Positions 1 to 9,073 of a stretch of DNA of 64,000 nucleotides are shown piece after piece (the first letter of the stretch is position 1; each line of letters opens with the position of its first letter). A model generated the notes under the pieces. It was given only the letters and a program-made list of their open reading frames with translations, was not told where the DNA came from and did not search any database. The translations under genes were made by a program, and so were the position numbers. The DNA comes from Zestosphaera sp. (GTDB lineage: Archaea > Thermoproteota > Thermoprotei_A > Sulfolobales > NBVN01): positions 9,571-73,570 of the forward strand of contig JAVYVJ010000003.1 in the NCBI GenBank assembly GCA_038727705.1. Reading direction: 5' to 3'.

Positions 1-682
1 GCTTAACCACGACCAGGGCTATGAAGAGGGAATCCACGATTAGAAGCCACTTAGTTATGCTGTTGGTTATCTCCTCTATCAGGAGTCTGGGCTTCGCTAT
101 CTGAACAAGCTCAACCGTCCTGCCGAAGCGCGTTCTAACGCCTGTTGCAGCTATCCTGATAATAGCCTCCCCCCTAACGACCGTAGTTCCAGCGTAAACC
201 TCGCCACCGACGCCCTTTTCAACGGGTATGGATTCCCCGGTTAACGCAGATTCATCAACTATTACGGAGCCCTCAACAACGACGCCATCAGCGGGCACGA
301 TGTCGCCCATGGAAATCTTTACAATATCGTCCGGCACGACGTACTCGGCGGCAACATCAACCCACTCACCATCCCTTAAAGCCTTCACACTTATTCTCAA
401 CCTCGATTTGAGCACCTCAACAGCCTTCCCAGCCTTATACCCATGAAGAACGCCAATAACGGCATTTACGAGGAGTAGCGACACCATTATAGTGAAATCC
501 ACGTACTTCCCTAAAGCAAGGGAGATTGCCGCGGCCGCTTCTATAGTGTATGGCGTTAATCCCGTGAACCTCCTCAGGAAGGCGGCAACCACATTCTCCC
601 TCTTTTCAGGAACTTTGTTAAGCCCGTATGTCTCCAGCCTCTTCGCGACATCCTCACTGGTCAAGCCCCTATATCCGCTCAT
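1..682 (-). CDS. P-type cation-transporting ATPase (plasma-membrane H+-ATPase-like), N-terminal part; the rest lies beyond the window edge
   Basis: Own minus-strand translation from ATG at 680-682: MSGYRGLTSEDVAKRLETYGLNKVPEKR...VIVDESALTGESIPVEKG (TGES actuator motif). The frame stays open to position 1. It is missing from the ORF track because it runs off the edge. Plus-strand ORFs 228..446 and 492..752 are its antisense shadows. Confidence 0.8.
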   Translation of the reverse strand, partial: MSGYRGLTSEDVAKRLETYGLNKVPEKRENVVAAFLRRFTGLTPYTIEAAAAISLALGKYVDFTIMVSLLLVNAVIGVLHGYKAGKAVEVLKSRLRISVKALRDGEWVDVAAEYVVPDDIVKISMGDIVPADGVVVEGSVIVDESALTGESIPVEKGVGGEVYAGTTVVRGEAIIRIAATGVRTRFGRTVELVQIAKPRLLIEEITNSITKWLLIVDSLFIALVVVK

Positions 683-1044
683 TCCACTTGCCTCTGTACC
701 CTCACTACTGCTTAAGCAAGCACTCCTAAATATATCTTCGCTACATTTTTGATTCAATCCCGCAGCCCTGGGTTCCGCACTGACTTTTCATGGAATATCA
801 CGTAGTATCAGGGACTTCGCGATCCCCCACTATGGGTCAGCACCGGCGACGACGGGTTACACAGCGGTGGCGCAAATACTACTGCTCACGATACTGGCTA
901 CTCTGAACGGATATACTAGCCCAGGGAAATTACTGTCGCTTCAGGAATGAGTTTCCGTTTTCACGTCGCCTCCGAAGTCTTGCCAGTTCCTCAAAACAAG
1001 GTGTCGGGCTGAAAAAGTACTGTCTTTCCCAGTCTAAGACATCT

Positions 1045-3027
1045 TCAATCTCTTTCTTCGACTCCCTTAAGGTGTTTCAGGAACCAGCGCGTTATGTGTT
1101 TGAGGTTTTCGACCCTGTGTTTCGGTTTACCGCTCCTGGTGAGTTCGTGGTTTTCGTTCGGGAATAGCAGGAGGCGTGTTTCAACGCCTCTAAGCTTCAG
1201 CGCTGTGAACAGCTCTATGGCCTGGTCCAGCCAGCAACGGTAGTCCTCCATGCTGTGGATTATGAGTGTTGGGGTTCTCGCGTTTTCCACATGTGTTATA
1301 GGGCTTTTCTCGAGGTATGCCTGCAGGTTCCTCCACGGAGGCTGACCGCACCCTATCATGTCGGCGTTGAAGTAGAAGCCTATGTCAGTCGTCCCGAACT
1401 TGCTTACCCAGTCACTTATAGATCTTTGAGTCACTGCCGCCGCAAACCTGCCTGTATGAGTCACTATCCAGTTAACCATGAACCCGCCGTAACTGCCTCC
1501 GGCCACACCAACACGTTCTGGGTCGAGCCTGCCCCCGTACTTGGTTAGCACGTAATCAACGGCCTCCATCAAGTCTTGGTAGTCCCTCTCCCCGAAGTGA
1601 CACCTTATGTCAGCGAACTCCTCACTGTAGCCATCGCTGCCCCTGGGGTTCGTGTAGACTACGGCGAACCCCTTATGGGCGAGCAGGTGGAATTCGAAGA
1701 AGAAGCCGTCGCCGTACATGGTTTTAGGCCCGCCGTGTATGTACAGCACCCAAGGCATTTTCCCACCCCCTACCCCCTCTTCAGGAGGCCAGAGAATCCA
1801 TCCGTCGATCTCAACGCCGTCGCTCGCCTTGAATGTGAAGTGCTGCGGTTTGGTTAGGTTGAAGGTCTTGACGAAGGACTCGTTGAAGCTCGTCAGCTTC
1901 ACCAAGTCACCAGCCTTGGATATGTAGAGCTCCGCAGGCTCGTCAGGCCCCATCGCCGTGAAGGCAACTGCACCGTCTAACCCCACGTCGAACGAGTCCA
2001 CGCTCTTGCCGTCGAGCTCGAGGTGCTTCCTCAGCCCCTCCTCAGGAGCAACTCGGTAGAGGGCGACCTTGCCGGCGTCGGACACTAGGAAGTAGAGGTG
2101 GCCGCTCCGGCCCCCGTCAGGAATCCACTTAAGCGACGGTGAGCAGCTCTTCCACCTGGCGTCGCTTCCCAGCGTGTTTAACGCATTCCTGTCCAGCCCC
2201 TCCGTCAACACCTTCAACTCCTCGGAGTCGAGGTCGTACACATATACCTTATTGTGTGAGGCCAGGCCCCTCCCCCTCTCAACGTCCCTGCCGATGAAGG
2301 CTATCCTCTCACCGTCAGGACTCCACGTGAGGGCTGACACGGCGTACCCCCTCATAGGGAGTTCAACACGCTCCCCGGACTCAATGTCATGCACGAAGAG
2401 TCTGGTCTCATACGGCTTCAGCTCCTCGACGGAGGCTGCGTAGGCCACCTTCCTGCCGTCAGGGCTCCAGGCCATCGTGTTGACGTTGAGGTCTCCGTCA
2501 GTGAGTTGATGCGTGATCCCGCTCGACGCTTCCACTACGAACACGTGCTTCCTGACGTTGTACGTGAACCCCTCGCCATTGCCCCATATGGGTATCCGGT
2601 CTATAATCTTCACGTCCTCATGCGCTTCACCCACCTTAGATATCACGGCCACCTTCCTCGAGTCCGGAGACCACCCGTACTCCGTAACACCGCCTTTAAA
2701 GTATGCAAGCCTCCACGGCTCCCTCGACTCGAGGGACGCTATATAGATGCTTGCCCCCTTCTCACCCTCCGCCAGACCGCGCCGAGAAACGAAGGACAGC
2801 TTCCTTCCGTCAGGACACCATTGAGGGCAGAAATCATCAGGGCCGCCAGTGAACGGATACACCTCACAACCGTCAACACCCGCCATCCACACGGCGGACT
2901 CGTACATGTTTTTCTCAAGGTTTATCTTGGCTGTGAGGAACGCCACCAGCTTTGACGAGGGATGGATGGAAGGACTTGACACTAATACAAGTTTAGAAAG
3001 ATCCTCATAGCCGAGTAGGCGACTCAA
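1045..3027 (-). CDS. S9 family serine peptidase (acylaminoacyl-peptidase / prolyl oligopeptidase-like): beta-propeller plus alpha/beta hydrolase
   Basis: 660 aa. N-terminal WD40-like propeller repeats (WSPDG repeated). C-terminal GGSYGG nucleophile elbow, later D (MEDYRC) and H (NENHEL). TTG start with a TATA-like tttttaatt about 30 nt upstream. Confidence 0.85.
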   Translation of the reverse strand: MSRLLGYEDLSKLVLVSSPSIHPSSKLVAFLTAKINLEKNMYESAVWMAGVDGCEVYPFTGGPDDFCPQWCPDGRKLSFVSRRGLAEGEKGASIYIASLESREPWRLAYFKGGVTEYGWSPDSRKVAVISKVGEAHEDVKIIDRIPIWGNGEGFTYNVRKHVFVVEASSGITHQLTDGDLNVNTMAWSPDGRKVAYAASVEELKPYETRLFVHDIESGERVELPMRGYAVSALTWSPDGERIAFIGRDVERGRGLASHNKVYVYDLDSEELKVLTEGLDRNALNTLGSDARWKSCSPSLKWIPDGGRSGHLYFLVSDAGKVALYRVAPEEGLRKHLELDGKSVDSFDVGLDGAVAFTAMGPDEPAELYISKAGDLVKLTSFNESFVKTFNLTKPQHFTFKASDGVEIDGWILWPPEEGVGGGKMPWVLYIHGGPKTMYGDGFFFEFHLLAHKGFAVVYTNPRGSDGYSEEFADIRCHFGERDYQDLMEAVDYVLTKYGGRLDPERVGVAGGSYGGFMVNWIVTHTGRFAAAVTQRSISDWVSKFGTTDIGFYFNADMIGCGQPPWRNLQAYLEKSPITHVENARTPTLIIHSMEDYRCWLDQAIELFTALKLRGVETRLLLFPNENHELTRSGKPKHRVENLKHITRWFLKHLKGVEERD

Positions 3028-3147
3028 TACACGTCCCCGCTAAGTATTACACATGAATTAAAAAGCTGGCAGCAGGGAATGAACAACGCGAATCTATAAC
3101 TTTCGGTGCATGCGTGCCTGTAGGGGGCAGGATTGATCGGGAAAGAC

Positions 3148-4093
3148 TTAAGGTGGGGTGCTGGGGGTCTTTGCCCCAGGCTCCTCTTCCCTCTTCCTCC
3201 TCCCGAGGAGATAGCCTAGGATCAGGCCGAGGAAGAACAGTATCAGCGATATCAAGATGGTTAGGGTACCTATATATGTGGTTATCAACGTTTCTCTAGC
3301 TTCTGTTACGGTCGCTGTGAAGGTTTGGGATGGACGCGTGATCGTCGTGGGTACAAGAACAGTCGTTGTTTCCGGAACTATACGGGTAGTCGTCAGGGTC
3401 TTTGTGACGGTGGATGTGGTAGGTAGTATCGCGGTATGAGTGACTGTTGCAGTTGTTGGAATGAGCACAACCGTCCTACGGGTTTGCACTTCAGTAACCA
3501 CCGTGGTTTCAAGGGAAGTGGTTACTGAATCCCATATTGGGGGCCGTATTCCCAACCCTCAACATCCTTCCAAGAGACTGTGACGTTGTTGATGAATGAC
3601 TGGCATAAACCCTGGGGCTCAGGTAAAGCGATGTTAATGCTAAACGTTCTCTGCTCTTCAGATTCTACTCGCGGTATCGACCAGGTCTTTAAGGTTCCGT
3701 TAGGTAGCAGGTCTTCGATGTTTACATCAACTGCCGGCGAGCCGCCGAGGTTGGCTACCGATATCAAATACTCCGTAAGTCGCCCCGGCATGCCCACCGC
3801 CGGTCCTGTTTTAGCCACGTTTAACAGCGGGTTTGACAGCACTATGGTGACCCACTGGTCAGGGTATGAACTATATTCATTGCCCATGTCACCCCCCTCC
3901 CAATTCATTATCACCGTATACCTCTATTACGGTTCCATTCTGAACGTCCTCCTTCACCTTAAATGTGAATGTGATCAGCATGGTTGTATGACTGGGTACG
4001 GAGGTTATTCCGAGGACTACGTCCCCGTTTTCAATCAATCTGACCTGGTGGAGTTGAACTTACGTATTCGGTTTCCCCTACGTTATACGTCAA
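3148..4093 (-). pseudogene. Fragmented surface-protein gene (DUF11/CARDB-like beta-sandwich, Thr-rich stalk, C-terminal TM anchor) split over three reading frames
   Basis: ORFs 3148..3555 and 3522..3914, plus an untracked about 49-codon ORF at 3889..4038, all read like one protein (ITFTFKVKEDVQNGTVIEV; NVAKTGPAVGMPGRLTEYLISVANLGGSPAVDV; T-rich linker; LISLILFFLGLILGYLLGRRKR). The frame changes coincide with homopolymers: C6 at 3892-3897 and G5 at 3539-3543 on the plus strand. No signal peptide or long N-terminus is left upstream. Confidence 0.4.
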
Positions 4094-4103
4094 TCTCTCT
4101 TGC

Positions 4104-5027
4104 TTAGCCTCCCTGCTGGAGGTCACGTTTGACTTGATCTAAGGTTTTCTTGAGTCCTTCCTCGAGGGATATTGTCTGGATGTTGATGAGCTTCCTCACC
4201 CTGCCCACGTTGGCGACGCTGTGCCTTATGTCCCCAGGTCTTGCTGGCGCGTACGTTATGGCTAGCCCCTTGTTGATGAGGTTCCTGATAGTTGTTGCTA
4301 GCTGGTTGATTGTTGTAGGCCTTCCTGAGCCGATGTTGTATGTCTGATTATCGAATAAATCCCTTTCAATCAGGCACTCGATGATCTTAGCTACGTCGCC
4401 CACGTAGATGAAGTCTCTTGTCTGTTCTCCGTCACCGTGGATGATTAAGGGCTCCCCCTTCAACGCCCTTTCCATGAAGTTCGTTATAACGCCTGCGTAT
4501 GCCGGGTTCTGACCTGGACCGTAGACGTTGAAAAGTCTGAGCGTGATGTGTTTGAGGCCATAGGTCCTGGCGAAGTTCCTGAGGATTTCCTCACCGTAGA
4601 GTTTGCTCAGACCATATGGTGAGAGAGGGCTTGTCGGGTGCTCCTCGTCCACTGGTAGCTTGAGTGGCTCCCCGTAGACTGCCGCTGAGCTCAGGTAGAT
4701 GAGCTTAAGACCTCCTCTAGCACACTCATACCCCACCCTGGCAGTCCCTAGTGAGTTGTTCTCGAGGTATTTGAGGGGCTCTCTGAGGGACTCCTCAACG
4801 CTGACGTATGCTGCGGCGTGAACCACGGCGTCGAAATGCCCGTAGTTGCTGAAGGTCCTCACGTCAGCTCTAACCACGCGCACGTTAAACCCCTCAAGCC
4901 TTCTCAAAGCATGCTTGCTGGACCTCTCCATACTGTCGACTATCGATACATCATACCCCCTCCCCTCCAGGTGAAGGGCCACATTATGCCCTATGAAACC
5001 TGCACCGCCGGTGATTAAGACCTTCAT
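4104..5027 (-). CDS. NAD-dependent epimerase/dehydratase (UDP-glucose 4-epimerase-like, SDR family)
   Basis: 307 aa. N-terminal GGAGFIG Rossmann motif and YxxxK (YGLSKLYGE). ATG overlaps the upstream gene's stop by 4 nt. Confidence 0.85.
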   Translation of the reverse strand: MKVLITGGAGFIGHNVALHLEGRGYDVSIVDSMERSSKHALRRLEGFNVRVVRADVRTFSNYGHFDAVVHAAAYVSVEESLREPLKYLENNSLGTARVGYECARGGLKLIYLSSAAVYGEPLKLPVDEEHPTSPLSPYGLSKLYGEEILRNFARTYGLKHITLRLFNVYGPGQNPAYAGVITNFMERALKGEPLIIHGDGEQTRDFIYVGDVAKIIECLIERDLFDNQTYNIGSGRPTTINQLATTIRNLINKGLAITYAPARPGDIRHSVANVGRVRKLINIQTISLEEGLKKTLDQVKRDLQQGG

Positions 5028-5392
5028 TCAGCCCGCCCACTACGTCCTTCAGACCTGCTTGGCCCAGCAGGGTCTCCACCGCTCGCACTCTGAAGCCTCT
5101 CCTGCACTGACCTGACCTTGTACTCCAGCGTTATGTTCTTATCGAACCTCAGGTCTAGCGATACATCTACCACAAGCCTCGGAACCCCCATAGCCCTCAG
5201 CCTCTCAGCAATCTCCTCAACAACCTTGGCAATCCCCTCTACTGAGTCAGCCTCGACCGCCGTGCCGAAGGGGGTTACCTGATGTTTGAGACCTGCGGCC
5301 TCGATGACCCTTAGAGCCTCGGCAACATAACTGCTTAAGCTAGCTGACTGGGTCCCCACAGGGACCACCCGTATGGAACCCAACACCCTCAA
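5024..5392 (-). CDS. MTH1187/YkoF-family (UPF0045) thiamine-binding-like protein
   Basis: 122 aa. IRVVPVGTQSASLSSYVAEA...VTPFGTAVEAD...DLRFDKNITLEYKVRSV matches the family pattern. TTG start with TATA ggtttatagcc about 32 nt upstream. Confidence 0.7.
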   Translation of the reverse strand: MRVLGSIRVVPVGTQSASLSSYVAEALRVIEAAGLKHQVTPFGTAVEADSVEGIAKVVEEIAERLRAMGVPRLVVDVSLDLRFDKNITLEYKVRSVQERLQSASGGDPAGPSRSEGRSGRAE

Positions 5393-5676
5393 GCCGCAGC
5401 ACCATCATAATAGGGGGTGCAAGGCTATAAACCTTGGAAATGCCAACGCACCACGTCATGTGGAGGCGGGGGTCCTCAAGCGGGTAACTAAGCGTCAGCA
5501 GGAATTGCGGGGATAGGTGGGAAGAGGGGATTACGTTGTGATAGGGGTGAGAAAAACAGTTTTCGTGTTTTTGGATTTCTACCGGTCTGTTAACGTCCCT
5601 GAGGCAGTGAGTCATGCGGTATTTGATTGGTAGCGTTTTTAACCGCTCAATAGTTTAAATCTAGTTGGGTTTGGCA

Positions 5677-5880
5677 ATGCCCCTGGTTCATGTATATGTT
5701 TGGAGAGGTATTTCAGACGAAGGTAAGGAGAAGATCATAGCAGGGATCACCAAGGTCTTCACTGATTTAGGTATACCGCCAAACGCTGTTGAGGTGGTGA
5801 TTCACGAGATACCTAAAGAGAACTGGGGGGTCGGGGGCGAGCAGGCGAGCAAGAGATTTGAAGACGTGCAATCACCCTGA
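5677..5880 (+). CDS. 4-oxalocrotonate tautomerase family protein
   Basis: Starting at ATG 5677 gives MPLVHVYVW... with the catalytic Pro directly after Met. About 67 aa, typical of the family. tttaaa box at 5654-5659 about 20 nt upstream. The track start at 5665 is probably too early. Confidence 0.8.
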   Translation: MPLVHVYVWRGISDEGKEKIIAGITKVFTDLGIPPNAVEVVIHEIPKENWGVGGEQASKRFEDVQSP

Positions 5881-6380
5881 GTAAAGGTCTAGATGTTGAA
5901 AGTCAACTCTACTAAAACGCGTGGCAGTGAACCTCTGAAGCGGCTTATCGTAGGCGTCCATATGACTGTGGACGCTGTTCTTCAGCACTTACCACGATCC
6001 GCGTGGAATTTTTATCTCCTTATCGGCGGTGTTAATGCCCCGCTTCAGGACTAGAATCCCCGGGCTCTGAGTTTTCGGAGGACTTCATAGGAAGACATTC
6101 TTAACGGTCGCTAATGTGGAGGTGATGTTGGAAGCGTCCTGAAAATGAGCTGTTTGACTGTGGAGGGACCGCCTGACTAACTGGCGTGTTGGTGAGCACT
6201 AATACTGGCAAGCCCGAGACGCTTAAACCCCCCGCGTACGTGGGGCTTTGGCTCAAGGGCTCTAACCCCGTTCAGGAGGCCTCCTTAACTCAGGTTTTTA
6301 TAAGTGTGTACCTACAGTAAATTGTTGGTGCTCGGATTGAGGTACTGTGCCCTCAAGTCGTTTGGTGAGGTGGGTTGTTG

Positions 6381-7838
6381 ATGCGTGAAGAGTTGTTGGG
6401 GGGTAAGAGCTTCAGCGAGTGGTTCGATTGGGTGTTGAGGGAGGCCGAACTCTACGACTACGGAAGGTACCCTGTTAAGGGTCTTGCTGTCTGGATGCCC
6501 TACGGCTTCAAGCTCAGGAAGCATGTGATGGATTTGATGAGGGATCTCCTGGACTCAACAGGCCATGAAGAGATACTGCTCCCCCTCCTAATACCTGAGG
6601 ATCTGCTTGCTAAGGAATCCGAGCACGTGAGGGGTTTTGAGGACCAGGTTTATTGGGTCACTCACGGCGGCCTCGAGCCCCTCGACGTTAAGCTTGCTTT
6701 AAGGCCTACGAGTGAGACCTCACTGACGTTCATGGAGTCATTCTGGATTAAGAGCTACAAGCAATTACCTAAGAAGTACTACCAGGTTGTCAGCATATTC
6801 AGGTATGAGACGAGGGCTACGAGGGCCATGCTCCGTGTTAGGGAGGTCACCACCTTCAAGGAAGCCCATACGGTTCATGAAGACTTCAAAGACACTGAGA
6901 GGCAGGTCGCTGAGGCCGTCGGAATATACAGCAGGTTCTTCGACCTACTGGGAATACCCTACCTAGTATCCAGAAGGCCTGACTGGGACAAGTTCCCAGG
7001 CGCTGTGTACACAATAGCTTTCGACACGCTGATGCCTGACGGGAGGGCGCTTCAGATAGGGACCGTGCATAACTTAGGACAGAACTTCACGAAGGTCTTC
7101 GAGGTCAGGGTGCAGAGGAGGGACGAGACCGTTGACTACGCCTGGCAGACATCATACGGGATTTCCGAGAGGGTTATAGCCTCCCTGATAAGCACCCATG
7201 GGGATGGGAAGGGTTTAGTCCTCCCGTTCAGGGTGGCGCCTATACAGGTTGTCGTGGTCCCCATACCTGCTGGGGGTGAGGAAGGGAAGCGTGAGGTCTA
7301 CGCTAGAGCTAAGGAGGTTGGGGAGTCTCTTAGGAAGGATGGCCTAAGAACGCATGTAGACCTGGATGAGGACAGAACGCCCAGTGAGAAATTCGCGTAC
7401 TGGGAGCTTAAGGGAGTCCCGCTGAGGATTGATCTAGGCCCTATAGAGCTGCGCGAGGGCATGGCCACAGTGTTCAGGAGGGACACGCTGAGGAAGGAGA
7501 AAGTACCTCTTAACGAACTGCCAGCCAGGCTGAGGAGGATGGGCGAGGACATAGACGCCAACCTAAGTGGGAGGGCTTGGAGGTCGTTCAGGGAACGCAT
7601 GGCCACGGCGAGAGAGTTAAGCGAGTTCGAGGAGGCTCTAAAGCGGGGTGCTGACATAGTCGAGGTTCCGTGGTGCGGCTTCAGGGAATGCGCCGACCAC
7701 ATCGCTACGACACACTCCCTAGAGACTCTAGGAACCCCGCTCAAGGTTGCGGAGGAGCTCGGCAGGAACCCAGACGTCACGTGCCCTGTCTGCGGGAGGA
7801 AGGCAGTGACGTACATGAGATACGCTAGGAAGTACTAG
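6381..7838 (+). CDS. proS: Prolyl-tRNA synthetase, archaeal/eukaryal type
   Basis: About 485 aa class II aaRS with a C-terminal zinc-binding domain (CPVCGRK) and a LRPTSET motif. The start is ambiguous (TTG 6375, TTG 6378, ATG 6381). A GGTGAGG Shine-Dalgarno-like element lies just upstream. Confidence 0.9.
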   Translation: MREELLGGKSFSEWFDWVLREAELYDYGRYPVKGLAVWMPYGFKLRKHVMDLMRDLLDSTGHEEILLPLLIPEDLLAKESEHVRGFEDQVYWVTHGGLEPLDVKLALRPTSETSLTFMESFWIKSYKQLPKKYYQVVSIFRYETRATRAMLRVREVTTFKEAHTVHEDFKDTERQVAEAVGIYSRFFDLLGIPYLVSRRPDWDKFPGAVYTIAFDTLMPDGRALQIGTVHNLGQNFTKVFEVRVQRRDETVDYAWQTSYGISERVIASLISTHGDGKGLVLPFRVAPIQVVVVPIPAGGEEGKREVYARAKEVGESLRKDGLRTHVDLDEDRTPSEKFAYWELKGVPLRIDLGPIELREGMATVFRRDTLRKEKVPLNELPARLRRMGEDIDANLSGRAWRSFRERMATARELSEFEEALKRGADIVEVPWCGFRECADHIATTHSLETLGTPLKVAEELGRNPDVTCPVCGRKAVTYMRYARKY

Positions 7839-7879
7839 TACAGGAAATCATTTATAAAGTTTTGATCCAATAGCTATAG

Positions 7880-8173
7880 GTGTTCGGTTTGCCGAAGAAG
7901 CGTGAGAGCAGGGGGAGGCGTAAGGGAAGCAAAGGCTCCGTCGAGCTAATACACTGCGATCAATGCGGCAGACTAGTTCCGGAGGACAAGGCGGTATGCG
8001 TCACGAGGTGGTACTCTCCGGTAGATCCTCAGTTGGCTGACGAGCTTGAGAAGAAGGGCGCCATCATAGGTAGGTACCCAGTAACTAAATGTTACTGCGT
8101 TAGCTGCGCAGTATTCATGGGAATCGTGAAGGTAAGGGCTGAGGAGGAGAGGAAGAAATCCGCGCGAACCTAA
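7880..8173 (+). CDS. rps26e: 30S ribosomal protein eS26
   Basis: 97 aa. KKRESRGRRKG...IHCDQCGRLVPEDKAV...CYCVSCAV is the zinc-ribbon pattern characteristic of eS26. TATA catttataaag upstream. Confidence 0.9.
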   Translation: MFGLPKKRESRGRRKGSKGSVELIHCDQCGRLVPEDKAVCVTRWYSPVDPQLADELEKKGAIIGRYPVTKCYCVSCAVFMGIVKVRAEEERKKSART

Positions 8174-8365
8174 CTTAAGAATGCCCTCACCACTTTCAAC
8201 ACCCCAACACCGAGTCCGATCAAGAACTTGCGTTTCTACATGAAACCACCTCATCGCGAGGACCTACCGTTCCCCAGTAGATGGTTCACCATGTTCTTTG
8301 ATGTTTAACCACTGCGCCGCCGCAAAGCATAAGAACAGATCCAGTAAATCAAGAAAGAACAATCC

Positions 8366-9070
8366 TCAGGGAGCTGTTAAAGCTACGACTGTCAGGACTG
8401 CCAGGCCGGTGTAGATCATTAAATCCCTCCCCTTCAGGAGTGTCAGCCTCGCCCTCACCGAGGGCGGGTACTGGGCATACGCCTCCACAACATTCCTTGT
8501 GTTCAACACCGTGTAGTATGTGAGCGGGGTCACTAAACGCTCTACGCGCCTACCCACATACTTAAGCCTCACCGTTGTGAGGGCTTCCGAGAAGTGCATG
8601 AGCGTTGTCGGGAGTTGAGTCATTATCATGCTGATTATTAATGACTGACGCCTGAGACCGATTCTATGTAACACCCCCCTCCACTCCCTCAGAGAGACCA
8701 GCTGGAATAAGAGTGTGAAGCCCAGGAAGAGCGAAACTAGCCTGGCAACGCCTGAAGCGAGCTCCGGTATTGGAGGTGCGGGAGGGTTAATGAACGTGCT
8801 GAGCGCGAAGATGGCCGTGCTCACCAGAGTGAATAGGAGCACGAGTCTCAACCCGCTTAAAACCAATCTCCAACTCCTCACGTAACCCGCTAGGGCGAAC
8901 TCCACCATTAGTACGGAGAAGGGGGTTAGGTAATATGTTGTGGGGTTTGGTGAGGCCCTGGAGGATAAGGTGAGTGCTGTGAGCCATAAGGGTGCTATGA
9001 TCCTGCATACGGTGCTTAAGCCCTTATCGTCCCCGGCATAAAGGAACATGTACGCAAGCTCTCTGAGCAT
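8366..9070 (-). CDS. ECF transporter transmembrane (T) component, CbiQ/EcfT family
   Basis: 234 aa polytopic membrane protein immediately downstream of the fused ECF/cobalt-type ATPase (3-nt gap). Confidence 0.65.
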   Translation of the reverse strand: MLRELAYMFLYAGDDKGLSTVCRIIAPLWLTALTLSSRASPNPTTYYLTPFSVLMVEFALAGYVRSWRLVLSGLRLVLLFTLVSTAIFALSTFINPPAPPIPELASGVARLVSLFLGFTLLFQLVSLREWRGVLHRIGLRRQSLIISMIMTQLPTTLMHFSEALTTVRLKYVGRRVERLVTPLTYYTVLNTRNVVEAYAQYPPSVRARLTLLKGRDLMIYTGLAVLTVVALTAP

Positions 9071-9073
9071 GCA

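Noticed and set aside
2389-2955. 188-aa plus-strand ORF (and its neighbours 1255..1548, 1576..1857 and 2174..2443) inside the S9 peptidase gene
   Set aside because: They are antisense to a gene with clear family motifs, and their composition is Arg/Pro/Leu-rich and low-complexity. I read them as shadow ORFs.
5500-5560. Purine/G-run-rich stretch (GGGG..GGTGGG..GGGG..GGGG) considered as a G-quadruplex or ncRNA
   Set aside because: One loop would be 14 nt, and there is no supporting structure or flanking promoter. The evidence is too weak to call.
5340-5615. 91-aa minus-strand ORF overlapping the start of the MTH1187-family gene
   Set aside because: It overlaps that gene's promoter and start, and it has neither a family resemblance nor plausible composition.
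5893-6054. 53-codon plus-strand ORF downstream of the tautomerase gene
   Set aside because: It has no recognisable family or motif. It is mentioned only within the intergenic-region finding.
6122-6176. Possible C/D box sRNA (GTGATGT ... CTGA ... AATGAGC ... CTGA)
   Set aside because: The C box is imperfect, the C-to-D' spacing is 10 nt and the C'-to-D spacing is 22 nt, so the canonical geometry is not met.
7298-7816. 172-aa minus-strand ORF inside proS. Similar cases: 15919..16416, 37145..37639, 46814..47251, 60174..60644 and 61983..62471.
   Set aside because: All are Ser/Leu/Thr/Pro-rich antisense shadows of confidently identified genes.
8281-8340. tRNA-like string on the minus strand (GCGGCGGCGCAGTGGTTAAAC)
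   Set aside because: I could not build a D-stem pairing, a T-arm (GTTCRANNC) or a complementary acceptor 3' half. It is not a tRNA.
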